Below, piece after piece: positions 13,541 to 26,732 of a stretch of 64,000 nucleotides of DNA (position 1 is the stretch's first letter; every line of letters starts with the position of its first letter). The DNA comes from Squalus acanthias (taxonomy: Eukaryota). Position numbers and translations under genes: made by a program. The stretch lies in the NCBI GenBank assembly GCA_030390025.1, contig CM059433.1:1426001-1490000 (forward strand). Direction: 5' to 3'. The notes under the pieces are model-generated. The model searched no databases. It was not told the origin of the DNA and worked only from the letters and a program-made list of their open reading frames with translations.

Positions 13541-14948
13541 AAGAAGGCTATACAGGTCGGGCAGTGAGGCGGTGGTAGGCCTTATCCCTCATTCTTCACC
13601 ATAATATCATCTCATTTTGAGCAGGATTGCAGTGGAGAATTCCAGTCCAAACCTAGACAATGGTTGTTGCAGGTATAGTGTGGGCACTAGAACTGGTAGA
13701 CCATTGTGAGGAGAATCATCCTTGATTGGTTTGAGCAAAATGTTTTCTCAGGGTTTGACATTCTACAGTTTAATGAAAACGATGTACAATAGTGAGCAGA
13801 AAAGCAGAGCTAATCCTAACTGGGTCAGGCTGCAGTCATCAGTTCCCCTTTTATGTTTCCATCTGAAAACTCAACAACTTTTCAAACGATCATAAGAATG
13901 TATATAGTGGGGGAGAGAATAAAATTCTGATTAAAAATAACTTATTAGAATCACATTAAATTCAGAATGATATTTTTGGGGGGAAGGATTAGTAAAATGC
14001 AATACTTCTGTGAAAGTGCTATCTGAGTCCTTATTCCCTGCAATTCACCAATTATAGCGAATAGACTGAGGACACAAGATCAACGCAATTCAGATATATC
14101 ACTGAAAACCACTTACACCTCACTTTTTATACTAACTGGTTCCTACAAGCCACCCTGTCACTTCTGACTTCTGATGATCAGATATAACACATGGGGTGGC
14201 TTTATACGTAACATCAAGTGTCAGATTCAAAACACTGTGTGGATTTATACTTTGCAATAATATATACACAGGATGTTTCAACTGTTGATCTAAAGGTATA
14301 AAATAAAAAGCTAACCTGACTCGACAAACTTACAGGTTTGGCTTTCTCATCTATTGGCAGGAATTATACTCTTCATTTTTGGAGGAGGGGGCGGGGGAGG
14401 TAAATTGCTCCACTGACTTGTTATTTCCCAGCTCTGACATATCTAGCTGCAGAGGCTGAACAAAGTTACAGCTCCGAACACTGGAGGGGAACAGCCTCCA
14501 GTGAAGTGCTGTTGGTAAAGGTTGTGCTTTTCACCCAAGAAGCACACTCGTTTCCCAGAGGAGACCCATAGGAAGAAGGTCAGAAACACCAAAGCAATTT
14601 TCGCACATCATTTTTTTCCGCAGAAGGATTATGTGCAACAAATTATTTTATACTGGAGACATTTTTCGGGAACCTTACATGACTTGAGGCGATCTAGAAT
14701 TGTGACCATCACATGAATCATCAATTAGTTAATGTTTGAAGTATCACATTTTCATGCAATCTAAATTGGTAGACCAAGTAACTGTTTCTCATGTGTGAGT
14801 CTTGGCAGGCTATTTGATAGCCAGGAGGAGGATATCAGAGTCAAGCTCAATCCTATTCTTACCTGTTTTCCACACATTTCCAGGAGCGGGTATTGTCTAA
14901 TAATCAGGAGCAGGAACCTTGGCAGATTTTTCTCTTTCCTAACCCAAG

Positions 14949-15367
14949 GGGGATCATTTTGATTTTGAGTGGTAAGTGTTAAACCAGCAACAGCCGCCCA
15001 TTATATATTATTTATTATTTCATGAAAATCAGGAGAGAGGTATAATGGCCGGCGGCTGATCCGATAATTGGCAAAAACACCAGAGGGGAGATGAGGAGGA
15101 TTTATTTACACAGCGAGTTGTTATGATCTGGAGTACACTGCCTGAAAGGATGGTGGAAGCAGATTCAATAGTAACTTTCAGAAGGGAACTGGGTATACTG
15201 TATACTTAAAAAAGGAAATATTTTAGGACTACGGGGAAAGAGCAGGGGAGTGGGCTAATTGGAAAGCTCTTTCAAAGAGCCGGCACAGGCAAAACGGACT
15301 GAATGGCCTCCTTCTGTGCTATGATTTTGCCCATTTTACACTATCAGCCAAAGTCAAAATTACCCCC
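14949..15367. mobile_element. Harbinger-like MITE containing a CR1 3' fragment (~15066-15325), inserted in an ancient SINE
   Basis: Imperfect TIRs GGGGATCATTTTGATTTTG / CAAAGTCAAAATTACCCCC; 3-bp AAG on both sides. Confidence 0.65.
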
Positions 15368-15381
15368 AAGAGCACTGAGAG

Positions 15382-15548
15382 CACTGGTAACACCCTGACC
15401 ACTGGTAACACCCTGACCGCTGGTAACACCCTGACCGCTGGTAACACCCTGACCGCTGGTAACACCCTGACCGCTGGTAACACCCTGACCACTGGTAACA
15501 CCCTGACCACTGGTAACACTCTGACCACTGGTAACACCCTGACCACTG
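15382..15548. repeat. 18-bp minisatellite (CACTGGTAACACCCTGAC), ~9 copies
   Basis: Direct reading. Confidence 0.95.
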
Positions 15549-16215
15549 GGGCAGCTGAGATCAGTTTCTCAGGGCAGACTGGCGATCCAGACTAGGGATC
15601 AAACCTGGGAATGTATGACTAGTCTGGATGGTTTAGTTACTCACTGGATAAACTTGCTGAGCCATTGGGGGAGCTACACTGTCTGCATTTCTAACGTGTA
15701 CATTATGCACTTCACTGCACAGCTGGCTACACAACTGCTAGAGTTACGGGAGATACATATGATACATATATATATATCTATCAGTGATCTAGCAGCTGTC
15801 TGTTGTTAGGTAGAGAACTGTCACACAGCAAACTGTTACTCCAGGGCATCTCAAGTTCACTTTAAGGCATCTCCAAATATTCTGAGCTGATTCAAATGTA
15901 TTGAGAGGTATGTAAAATATAATTAGAGTAACATTATTAAATAAATAAGGTAAGTCACATTTTTTCCAAAGATACTGTGTAAAACATCCTAAAATAAGTT
16001 ACAGGCATTTAAAAATTGTGTTAATATATTTCTCTCTGCTAAGCATTCAAACTGATTCTATGATCAAAACAATTATGCATTAGAGACTGAGCCCACTGAC
16101 ATGAGTCCACATTACATGCTATTTTTTCAGCCCAAGTTGAAACCTGTATTTTATTTGCTTTGATTGGCATATCTCCCACATTTGCTTCTTATTAGTTTTG
16201 GTGGTATCCGTTCAT

Positions 16216-16568
16216 GACCTCGCCCTCCCTATCTCTGTAACTTCCTCCAGCCCTACAACTCTCCGAGATCTCTGCGCTCCTCCAATTCTGGCATCTTCAG
16301 CATCCCTGATTTCAATCGCTCAACCATTGGTGGCTGTGCCTTCGGCTGTCTAGGCCCTAAGCTCTGGAATTTCCTGCTTAAACCTCTCCGCCTCTCTACC
16401 GCTCTCTCCTCCTTTAAGCCGCTCCTTAAAGCTTACCTCTTTGACCAACCTGTCCAAATATTTCCTTATGTGGTTCGGTGTCAATTTTTTTTGGATAACT
16501 CTCCTGTGAAGTGCCTTGGGACGTTTTACTACATTAAAAGTGCTATATAAATGCACTTTGTTGTTGCT
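16216..16568 (+). mobile_element. L2 LINE 3' fragment
   Basis: L2 tail ending GCTATATAAATGCACTTTG(TTG)n. Confidence 0.85.
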
Positions 16569-16703
16569 GGTAACTTCCAGAGGCCGTGCATCTGAATATT
16601 ACATTTTAACATGGGCAGATATCAAAGTTTGCCGAGGATATCAAATTAGTGGGCACAGCAAACTGTGAGGAAGACAGTAGGATGACATTACAGGTCAGCA
16701 GTG

Positions 16704-19056
16704 AACATAGGAACATAGGAACAGGAGTAGGCCATTCAGTCCCTCGAGCCTGATCTCATTGAATGGCTGATCTGTGATCTAACTCCATAAACCTGCCTTT
16801 GGCCCATATCCCTTAATACCATTAGTTAACAAAAAGCTATCAATCTCCGATTTAAAATTAACAATTCATCTAGCATCAATTGCCATTTGTGGAAGAGAAT
16901 TCCAAACTTCTACCACCCTTTGTGTATAGAAGTGTTTCCTAATTTCACTCCTGAAAGGTCTGGCTCTAAATTTTAGACTATGCCCCCTAGTCCGAGAATC
17001 CCCAACCAGCAACAACAACAACAACAACTTGTATTTATATAGTGCCGTTAACATAATAAAACGACCCAAGGCGCTTCACGGGAGTGTTATAAGACAAAAA
17101 ATTTGACACCGAGCCACATAAGGGGAAATTAGGGCAGGTGATCAAAAGCTTGGTCAAAGAGGTAGGTTTTAAGGAGCATCTTAAAGGAGGAAAGAGAGGT
17201 AGCGAGGTGGAGAGGTTTAGGGAGGGAATTCTAGAGCTTAGGGCCCAGGCAGCAGAAGGCACGGCCGCCAAAGGTTGAGTGATTATAATCAGGGATGCTC
17301 AAGAGGGCAGAATTAGAGGAGCGCAGATATCTTGGGGCTGTTGTGGGGCTGAAGGAGATTACAGAGATAGGAAGGGTGAGGCCATGGAGGAATTTGAAAA
17401 CAAGGATGAGAATTTTGAAATCGAGGAGTTGTTTAACCGGGAGCCAATGTAGGGCAGCGAGCATAGGGGAGATGGGTGAACGGGACTTGGTGCGAGTTAG
17501 GACACGGGCAGCAGAGTTTTGGATCACCTCAAGTTTACGTAGGGTGGAATGTGGGAGGCCAGCCAGGAGTGTGTTGGGGATAGTCAAGCCTAGAGGTAAC
17601 AAAGACATGGATGAGGGTTTCAGCAGTGGATGAGCTGAGGCAAGGGCGGAGTCGGGCGATGTTACGGAGGTGGAAATAGGCGGTCTTAGTCCTGCTGCGG
17701 ATATGTGGTCGGAAGCTCATTTCAGGGTCAAATATGACACCAAGGTTGCGAACAGTGTGGTTCAGCCTCAGACAGATGTAAGGGAGAGGGATGGAGTCAA
17801 TGGCTAGGGAACGGAGTTTGTGGTGGAGACTGAAAACAATGGCTTCAGTCTTCCCAATATTTAACTGGAGAAAATCTCTGCTCATCCAAAACTGGATGTC
17901 GGCGTACATGTGGAAACTGACGCTGTGTTTTTGGATGATGTCGCCAAGGGGCAACATGTAGATGAGAAATAGGAGGGGGCCAAGGATAGATCCTTGGGGG
18001 ACAGCAGAGGTAACGATGCGGGAGCGGGAAGAGAAGCCGTTGCAGGTGATTCTCTGGTTACGATTAGATGGATAAGAATGGAACCAGGCGAGTGCAGTCC
18101 CACCCAGCTGGACGGCGGTGGAGAGGTGCTGGAGAAGGATGGAGTGGTCAACCGTGTGAAAGGCTGCAGACAAGTCAAGAAGGACGAGGAGGGATAGTTT
18201 ACCTTTGTCACAGTCGCAAAGGATGTCATTTGTGACTTTGATGAGAGCCGTTTCAGTACTGTGGCAAGGGTGGAAACCTGATTGGAGGGATTCAAACATG
18301 GAATTGCAGAAAGATGGGCACGGATTTGGGAGGTGACAACACGTTCAAGGACTTTGGAAAGGAAAGGGAGGTTGGAGATGGGGCGGTAGTTTGCAAGGAC
18401 GGAGGGGTCAAGCTGAAATAGTTTCTCTCTATCTACTCTATCTGTTCCCCTTACTATCTTGAAAACTTCGATCAGATCACCCCTTAACCTTTTAAATTCT
18501 AGGGAATACAAACCCTAGTTTGTGTAATCTCCTCGTAACTTAACCCTTGAAGTCCAGGTATCATTCTGGTAAACCTACGCTGCACTCCCTCCAAGGCCAA
18601 TATATCCTTCCTAAGGTGTGGTGCCCAGAACTGCTCACAATACTCCAGGTGTGGTCTAACCAGGGTTTTGTATAGCTGTAGTGTAACTTCTACTTGCTTG
18701 TATTCCAGTCCTCTCTAGATATAAAGGCCAGCATTCCATTAGTCTTTTAAATTATTTTCTATACCTGTTCATGACATTTTAATGATCTATGTACCTGGAT
18801 CCCCAAGTCTCTTTGGACATCCACTGTTTTTAACTTTTCACCATTTAGAAAGTACCCTGTTCTATCCTTTTTAGGTCCAAAGTGGATGACCTCACATTTG
18901 CCTACATTGAAATCCATTTGCCACAGTTTTGCCCATTCACTTCATCTGTCGATATCCCTTTGTAATTTTATGCTTTCATCTACACTGCCTACAATGCCGC
19001 CTATCTTGGTGTCATCGGCAAATTTGGGTATATGACTTTCTATGCCATCATCTAAG
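16704..19056 (-). mobile_element. CR1 LINE fragment split by an L2 insertion
   Basis: RTRGHSLKFR...FYTQRVV at 16.9-17.0 kb continues with YSLEFKRLRGDLIEVFKI at 18.4-18.5 kb. Confidence 0.85.
17011..18410 (-). mobile_element. L2 LINE (RT and 3' end)
   Basis: QSGF..HSTETAL, LLDLSAAF, VPQGSILGPLLF, LHWLPV; (TTG)n tail. Confidence 0.93.
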
Positions 19057-19132
19057 TATGTGGGCAAAGGGATGTGAAGTAGTAGATTTTGGAAAAAAAG
19101 GACAGCAAAATATTGCCACCAAGTCGCAAGTA

Positions 19133-19588
19133 GTCAGCTGTGGCTCAGTTGGTAGCCCTCTCACCTCTGAGTCAGAAGGTTGTGGGTTCAAGTCCCACTC
19201 CAGAAACTGAAGCACAAAAATCTAGGCTGACACTCCAGTGCAGTGCTGTGCTGTTGGAGGTGCCGTCTTTCGGATGAGACAATAAACCGAAGCCCTGTCG
19301 GCTCTCTCAGGTGGATGTAAAAGATCCCATGGCACTATTTTGAAGAAGAGTAGTGGAGTTATCCCCGGTGTCCTGGGGCCAATATTTATCCCTCAATCAT
19401 CATCACTAAAACAGATTATCTGGTCATTATCACATTGCTGTTTGTGGGAGCTTGCTGTGCGCAAATTGGCTGCCGCGTTTCCCACATTACAACAGTGACT
19501 ACACTTCAAAAAATACTTAATTGGCTGTAAAGCGCTTTGGGACATTCGGTGGTCATGAAAGGCGCTATAGAAATGCAAGTCTTCCTTT
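19133..19588 (+). mobile_element. tRNA-derived SINE with L2-like tail (SacSINE1/DeuSINE-like)
   Basis: A-box TGGCTCAGTTGG, B-box GGTTCAAGTCC; tail GGCGCTATAGAAATGCAAGTC resembles the L2 tail; partial copies at ~27145-27350, 52500-52652 and 56823-56985. Confidence 0.85.
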
Positions 19589-20115
19589 ATTAACAGAATG
19601 GAGGAACTGAGAGATCTAGGGCTCCTGATACATGGAACTTTAAAGGTGGGAGTACAGGTAGGAAAGGCCATAAAAATGCGAATGGATTTCTGGGTTTTAT
19701 ACACAGCGGGATTCGATATAAAAGCAAGAAAGCGATGTTGAACTTGTATATGATATTGACTAGGCCAACAGCATGCAGTTCTGGGCATGCCATTGTAGAA
19801 AGAATAAAAAGCTATGGGAATGATATCAGGAATGAAAGATGCCTTGGGACGTTTTACTATGTTGATGGCACTATATAAATGCAAGATGTTGTTGTTGGTA
19901 TGAAGAAAGGTTCAACAATCTAAGGCCTTTCACCAAGGGACTAATTTAATATAGGATTTCAGGGTTTTGAGTGGGCAAATAGTGAAAAGATCGCTCCAAT
20001 TTGTTGGTAATTCTGTAAGAAGGGAGTATTTATTCACAATTATCATGAAGATTGAAGGGGAAAGACAGAAGATTTTTTTTACACGGGAGCAATAGAACAA
20101 TGGGGGTACAGTACC

Positions 20116-20380
20116 GGCCCCAATTTTAACTCCAGGTGGATTCCCTGCTCAGGCCTGAGTTAAAATTACAGTCGGGTCTCAATGATGTCAGGGGGCCACA
20201 ACATGCATGTGTAAAGAAGGACCCTGTTGGCTCCGGGCGCCTGTCCTTGCTGCCTGCTCAGGAGAGCAGGTTAAAATTGCAGATGCTGCGATCATGGCGG
20301 CTTTCAGACAGGTAAGAGCCAGGGCGATTTTAACCCCCCGCCCGCCAGGTTTCTGCTGAGCGAGTAGGGTTAAAGTCGCC
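20116..20380. mobile_element. Degenerate non-autonomous DNA-transposon-like repeat; relatives at ~42300-42476, 50185-50285 and 51590-51815
   Basis: Repeated inverted ATTTTAAC / GTTAAAATT motifs shared among copies. Confidence 0.45.
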
Positions 20381-20675
20381 TGTTACTGGACTAATAATGC
20401 AGAGAATGTGAGTTGAAATCCCACCATGGAAGTTTGTGAATTTGAATGTAGTTTTTTAAAAATCTGGAAATAAAAATCTGGTCTCAGTAAAAGTGACCCT
20501 GAAGCTGTCGGATTGTTGTAAAAACCCAACTGGTTCACTAATGTCCTTTAGGGAAGGAAACCTGCCGCCCTTACCTGGTCTGGGCCTATATGTGACTCCA
20601 GTCCCTCACCGACTCGATTTAACTGTTAACTGCCCTCTGTAGTGGCCTCGTAAGCCACTCAGTTGTATCAAACGC
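20381..20675 (+). mobile_element. SINE-like element with the same tRNA-like head as the 24.7 kb LINE
   Basis: Aligns by eye to ~24727-25005; a LINE-tail-like GCAGCAGTTCAAG resumes after the MITE at ~21469. Confidence 0.7.
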
Positions 20676-20681
20676 ATGCAT

Positions 20682-21461
20682 GGGCTGGATTTTCCAAGCC
20701 CCGAGGAGGCGGGACTGCTGGTAAATTCAGAGAAAGTGGGGGCGGATGGCAAACCCGCCCCCATCCCGCCTCCGTGCCCTTTTGCCAGGAGGCGAGAAGA
20801 TGTGCAGCTTCGGGTCCCGTCTCCTGGAGGCGGGAAAGGCATTTAATCCTTTTAAATGCCTGTTAAAGGATTAGTGCCATTTTACCTTCACAGGTGAAGG
20901 CTTCCCAACCTTGGAGAACCCCGTCGGGTTGGAGGAGACGTGGAGGAGGTCTGCGGCGGTCGGAGGCACCTGGAAGTAAGGTGTAGAGGTGAGTGATGGG
21001 AGCAAGTGTGGAGTGGTAAGTATGTAAGGTGAGTGATAAGTTTAAAAAAGTGTGCACTTACCTTGATTTCTTTCTACAGCCTTTAGCCACGTTGGATGGA
21101 GAGAGCCAATATTCTCCTCCAATCTTACAGACATGTGAAATTTACAAAGTTGAAAGGTTTGATGAGTCCTCACCACAAAGCCTCATCAAACTACAGAGAA
21201 TGTCAGTGTTTGACAGCTTCACAGAGCTGTCAAATGCTGTCATTTCTTCTTTCAAGAAGTCTTGACAGATAGCACGTCTGACGTTGACGTGATCTGTCAG
21301 TGACTTCCCCCCTAATTGGCCTGCTGAGCCCACAGGGCGGGCTTAACAAGCTCAATCAGGGGAAAATCCCTCTGATTGGTCAGGCAAGGATGGAGGCAGG
21401 ACATTGACATGAGAAGCAGCAGTCCCACCTCCAACTCGCCTCCATTCACAAAATCCAGCCC
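20682..21461. mobile_element. Harbinger-like MITE
   Basis: Perfect TIR GGGCTGGATTTT / AAAATCCAGCCC, the same terminus as the Myb-bearing element ending at 30047; no clean 3-bp TSD (AT on both sides). Confidence 0.8.
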
Positions 21462-21493
21462 ATAGAATGCAGCAGTTCAAGGTGAAGGCCCAG

Positions 21494-23238
21494 CAATGGT
21501 AGAGAACCCCCAATGGTAGAGAACCCCCCAATGGTAGAGAACCCCCCAACAGTATAGAACCCCTCAATGGTAGAGAACCCCCAATGGTAGAGAACCCCCC
21601 AACGGTAGAGAATGGTAGAGAACCCCCCAACGGTAGAGAACCCCCAACGGTAGAGAACCCCCCAACGGTAGAGAATGGTAGAGAACCCCCCAACGGTAGA
21701 GAACCCCCAATGGTAGAGAACCCCCCAACGGTAGAGAACCCCCAACGGTAGAGAACCCCCCAACGGTAGAGAACCCCCAATGGTAGAGAACCCCCCAACG
21801 GTAGAGAACCCCCAACGGTAGAGAACCTCCCAACGGTAGAGAACCCCCAATGGTAGAGAACCCCCCAACGGTAGAGAACCTCCCAACGGTAGAGAACCCC
21901 CAACGGTAGAGAAACCCCCAATGGTAGAGAACCCCCAACGGTAGAGAACCCCCAATGGTAGAGAACCCCCAACGGTAGAGAACCCCCCAATGGTAGAGAA
22001 CCCCCAACGGTAGAGAACCTCCCAACGGTAGAGAACCCCCAACGGTAGAGAACCTCCCAACGGTAGAGAACCCCCAACGGTAGAGAACCTCCCAACGGTA
22101 GAGAACCCCCAACGGTAGAGAAACCCCCAATGGTAGAGAACCCCCAACGGTAGAGAACCACCAACGGTAGAGAACCCCCAATGGTAGAGAACGGTAGAGA
22201 ACCCCCAACGGTAGAGAAACCCCCAATGGTAGAGAACCCCCAACGGTAGAGAACCACCAACGGTAGAGAACCCCCCAATGGTAGAGAACGGTAGAGAACC
22301 CCCAACGGTAGAGAACCCTTCAATGGTAGAGAACCCCCAATGGTAGAGAACCCCCAACGGTAGAGAACCCCCAGCGGTAGAGAACCCCCAACGGTAGAGA
22401 ACCCCCCAATGGTAGAGAACCCCCCAATGGTAGAGAACCCCCAATGGTAGAGAACGGTAGAGAACCCCCAACGGTAGAGAACCCCCCAATGGTAGAGAAC
22501 CCCCCAATGGTAGAGAACCCCCCAATGGTAGAGAACGGTAGAGAACCCCCAACGGTAGAGAACCCCCCAATGGTAGAGAACCCCCAATGGTAGAGAACCC
22601 CCAACGGTAGAGAACCCCCAACGGTAGAGAATCCCCAACGATAGAGAACCCCCCAATGGTAGAGAACCCCAACGGTAGAGAACCCCCAACGGTAGAGAAC
22701 CCCCAACGGTAGAGAACCCCCCAATGGTAGAGAACCCCCCAACGGTAGATAACCCCCAATGGTAGAGAACCCCCAATGGTAGAGAACCCCCCAACGGTAG
22801 AGAACCCCCAATGGTAGAGAACCCCCAATGGTAGAGAACCCCCAATGGTAGGGAACCCCCAATGGTAGAGAACCCCCAACGGTAGAGAACCCCCAACGGT
22901 AGAGAACGGTAGAGAACCCCCCAACGGTAGATAACCCCCCAATGGTAGAGAACCCCCAATGGTAGAGAACCCCCCAACGGTAGAGAACCCCCAATGGTAG
23001 ATAACCCCCAACGGTAGAGAACCCCCAATGGTAGAGAACCCCCAATGGTAGAGAACCCCCCAATGGTAGAGAACCCCCAATGGTAGAGAACCCCCAATGG
23101 TAGAGAACCCCCCAATGGTAGAGAACCCCCAATGGTAGAGAACCCCCAATGGTAGAGAACCCCCCAATGGTAGAGAACCCCCAATGGTAGAGAACCCCCA
23201 ATGGTAGAGAACCCCCCAATGGTAGAGAACCCCCAATG
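21494..23238. repeat. 17-18 bp minisatellite array (C5-6 AAYGGTAGAGAA), ~100 copies
   Basis: Direct reading; copy number estimated from length/period. Confidence 0.97.
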
Positions 23239-24703
23239 GAAATTCCAGGCGAGAATATTTTACCACAAGTAGAAGTGAGGCAGAAATACATCATCATTTA
23301 AAAGTAATTGGATAGGTATTTGTAAGGGAAGAGTTTGAAAGTATCTGGGGACAGGCGGGGAATGAGATTAGAGTAGATCATTCCAGCTAAAGTAACACAA
23401 AAAAGCCAAATAGCCTTCTTCTGTGCTGTACGTATTAGCAGCTCAACAATACTGAACTCAAAGTCCACAAGGCCAAACGTAAGCCCATATATATTTGGTG
23501 CTCTTAATTTCAGCTGTTTTCCTTCTCTTTAGGTCCCTCATTAAATTAGTTAATGACTTGGTTAAAATCACAAGCGCCAGTGGTGTTAACCAGTTCATTA
23601 AAAGTAACAGACAGAGTAGCTCCTACACCAACGTGGGGGACTTTCGCTGCTAACAAGAGTCTCGCCGACCCTTCAGTAACAACACGCTGCACCACCAAGC
23701 CTCCGTAATCATCAGATGTGTTGGAAAGAAATTCACTCCCCCACCATGGTCACCTCCAATAGAACACCTTTATCTTGAAGCCTGCTACACATATTTATGC
23801 TGCATCAATGTACGTTTCTGGAAAAAAACTATGTAAGTGGAAAATGTACCAAAGCTGCACCATGTAAACTCTTGTAAAATGTTGATAAAATGAATCCAAA
23901 AAAGATAAAGAACTCACAGTTTGTTTTCACTGAAAGGGATTTTAATATTCATTAACTTGGTCAAATGATTTTGGGCTGTTTGTAAGGCAAAATAAAACCA
24001 ATTGCTGTGCTGACTGTGGTGTATTTTTTATCTGCTTCACACCACGAAAAACAAAAGGTAAAGTTTCAATAGTAATACATTTTGGGTTTCTTTCATGAAA
24101 GGAAACAAAGATATTCATTGTTTGCGGTTTGTATTGTTTGCTTTTTTAAGACGAGGCGGGGTTAGGAGAAATTTCTTGCCACATACAAGCAACAAATGAC
24201 ATGTGGCAGTAATGTATAGGCAGGAAGCTAATGACATATTTATACGTTAGTCTGACTTGTTTGGACTTTTCAGAGGCACTGCATTCCAGTCATCGAAAAA
24301 ACAAGTATAATATTGGGACAATTTTTTAAAAAGAGTTACAGTCTAGGCAGAACATGTGAGCGTTTATTGGACCAATGTATGAGATATGGAGCCCCCCCTG
24401 ATTGAGTGAGAAATGGAAAGGAAGGGGAGTTTACAATCCTAATTCCTGAATTCTGCACAGGACTAGATTCCATTTTACAACGGTATCCAGGCATTACAAC
24501 CATCTTCTTCCTTTCTATACCTTTCCTCTCCTGAAAGCATCAGCTCAGGCTGTGGCACAGTCCCACAATGCTGAAAGTCCTCCAGTATCTGTCCCAAGTG
24601 CCTAATCTTCATGTGTGAACCTGGGTACTGGGCAGGCTATTTGGTTCTGGAGGCCATCTGAGCGGAAGCTGAATCTGATCTGACCTGATATCGCACTCTC
24701 CAG

Positions 24704-26732
24704 GGGGTGCGGTAACATGGCGGCTATGTTACTGGACTAGTAATCCAGAGGCCTGGACTAATGATCCGGAGATGTGAGTTCAAATCCCACCACGGCAGCT
24801 GGGGATGTAAATAAATTAAGTAAATAAATCTGGATTTAAAAAGCTAGTATCAGTAATGGTGACCATGAAACTATCGGATTGTCGTATAAAACCCATCTGG
24901 TTCACGAATGCCCTTTAGGGAAGGAAATCTGCCGTCGTTACCTGGTCTGACCTATAGTTGACTCTTAACTGCCCTCTGAAATGGCCTAGCAAGCCACTCA
25001 GTTGTAACAAACTGCTACGAAAAACAATAATAAGAATAAAACCGGACGGGCCACCCGGCATCAACCTAGGCACCGGCTTCGGACACAACAATGGCACACC
25101 CTGCAAAGTCCTCCTCACCAACATCTGGAGACTTGTGCCAAAATTGGGAGAGCTGCCCCACAGACTAGTCAAGCAACAGCCTGACATAGTCACACTCACA
25201 GAATCATACCTTTTAGCCAACGTCCCAGATTGCTCCAACACCATCCCTGGGTATGTCCTGTCTCACCGGCACAGTGGTATACAGTCGGGAAGGAGTGGCC
25301 CTGGGAGTCCTCAACATTGACTCCGGACCCCATGAAGTCTCATGGCTTCAGGTCAAGCATGGGCAAGGAAACCTCCTGCTGATTACCACCTACCGCCCTC
25401 CCTCAGCTGATGAATCAGTACTCCTCCATGTTGACCACCACTTGGAAAAGGCACCGAGGGTAGCAAGGGCACAGAATGTACTTTGGGTGGGGGCCTTCAC
25501 TGTCCATCACCAAGAGTGGCCTGGTAAGACCACTGCTGGCCAAGTCCTGAAGGGCATAGCTGCCAGACTGAGTCTGCGACAGGTGGTGAGAGAATCAACA
25601 CAAGGGAAAAACCTACTTGACCTCGTCCTCACCAATCTAACAGTAGCTGATGCATCTGTCCATGACAGTATTGGTAGCAGTGATTGTGGAGATAAAGTCT
25701 TCACACTGAGGACACCCTCCACCATGTTATGTGACACTACCACCGTGCTAAATGGGATAGGTTCAGAACAGATCTAGCAGCTCAAAGCTGGGCATCCATG
25801 AGGCGCTGTGGGGCAGCAGCAGCAGCAGAATTGTATTCCACCATAATCTGTAACGTCATGGCCGGGCATATCCCTCACTCTACCATTACCATCAAGCCAG
25901 GGGACCAACCCTGGTTCAATGAGGTGTGTAGAAGAACATGCCAGGAACAGCACCAGGCGTACTTAAAAATGAGGTGCCAACCTGGGGAAGCTGCAACACG
26001 GGACTACATGCATGAGAGAGAGTCTAACCACCGCCCCTTGACATTCAACGGTATTACCATCACCTAATCCCCCACCATCAATATCCTGGGGGTCACCATT
26101 GACCAGAAACTTAACTGGACCAGCCACATAAATACTGTGGCTACAAGAGCAGGTCAGAGGCTGGGTATTCTGCGGAAATTGTCTCACCTCCTGATTCCCC
26201 AAAGCCTATCCACCATCTACAAGGCAGAAGTCAGGAATGTGATGGAATACTCTCCACTTGCCTGGATGAGTGCAGCTCCAACAACACACAAGAAGCTCGA
26301 CACCATCCAGGGCAAAGCAGCCCGCTTGATCGGCACCCCATCCACCACCTTAAACATTTACTCCCTCCACCACCGGCGCACCGTGGCTGCAGTGTGTACC
26401 ATCTACAAGATGCACTGCAGAAACTCGCCAAGGCTTCTTCAGCAGCACCTCCCAAACCCGCGACCTCTTCCACCTAGAAGGACAAGGGCAGCAGGCGCAT
26501 GGGAACACCACCACCTCCAAGTTCCCCTCCAAGTCACACACCATCCTGACTTGGAAATATATCGCCGATCCTTCATCGTCGCTGGGTCAAAATCCTGGAA
26601 TTCCCTCCCTAATCTTCACCATAAGGACTTGCAACGGTTCAAGAAAGCGGCTCACCACCACCTTCTCAAGGGCAATTAGGGATGGGCAATAAATGCTGGC
26701 CTTGCCCACATCCCAGGAACAAATTAAAAAAT
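24704..26732 (+). mobile_element. CR1-group LINE with a tRNA-like 5' head, APE domain and deleted RT core
   Basis: Head with B-box GAGTTCAAATCC; APE motifs PDIVTLTESYL, YRPP, LLDLVLTN; deletion junction at ~26013; C-terminus ending HHHLLKGN. Confidence 0.85.

Noticed and set aside
15319..15546. VVRVLP repeat protein
   Set aside because: Translation of the 18-bp minisatellite
19133..19205. tRNA genes (also at 24704, 31074, 35002, 46145 and 57770)
   Set aside because: tRNA-derived retroposon heads continuous with element bodies; no convincing cloverleaf
21352..23297. Long ORFs of 220-610 aa (GGSLPL/GVLYHW repeats)
   Set aside because: Artefacts of a stop-free minisatellite, open in several frames
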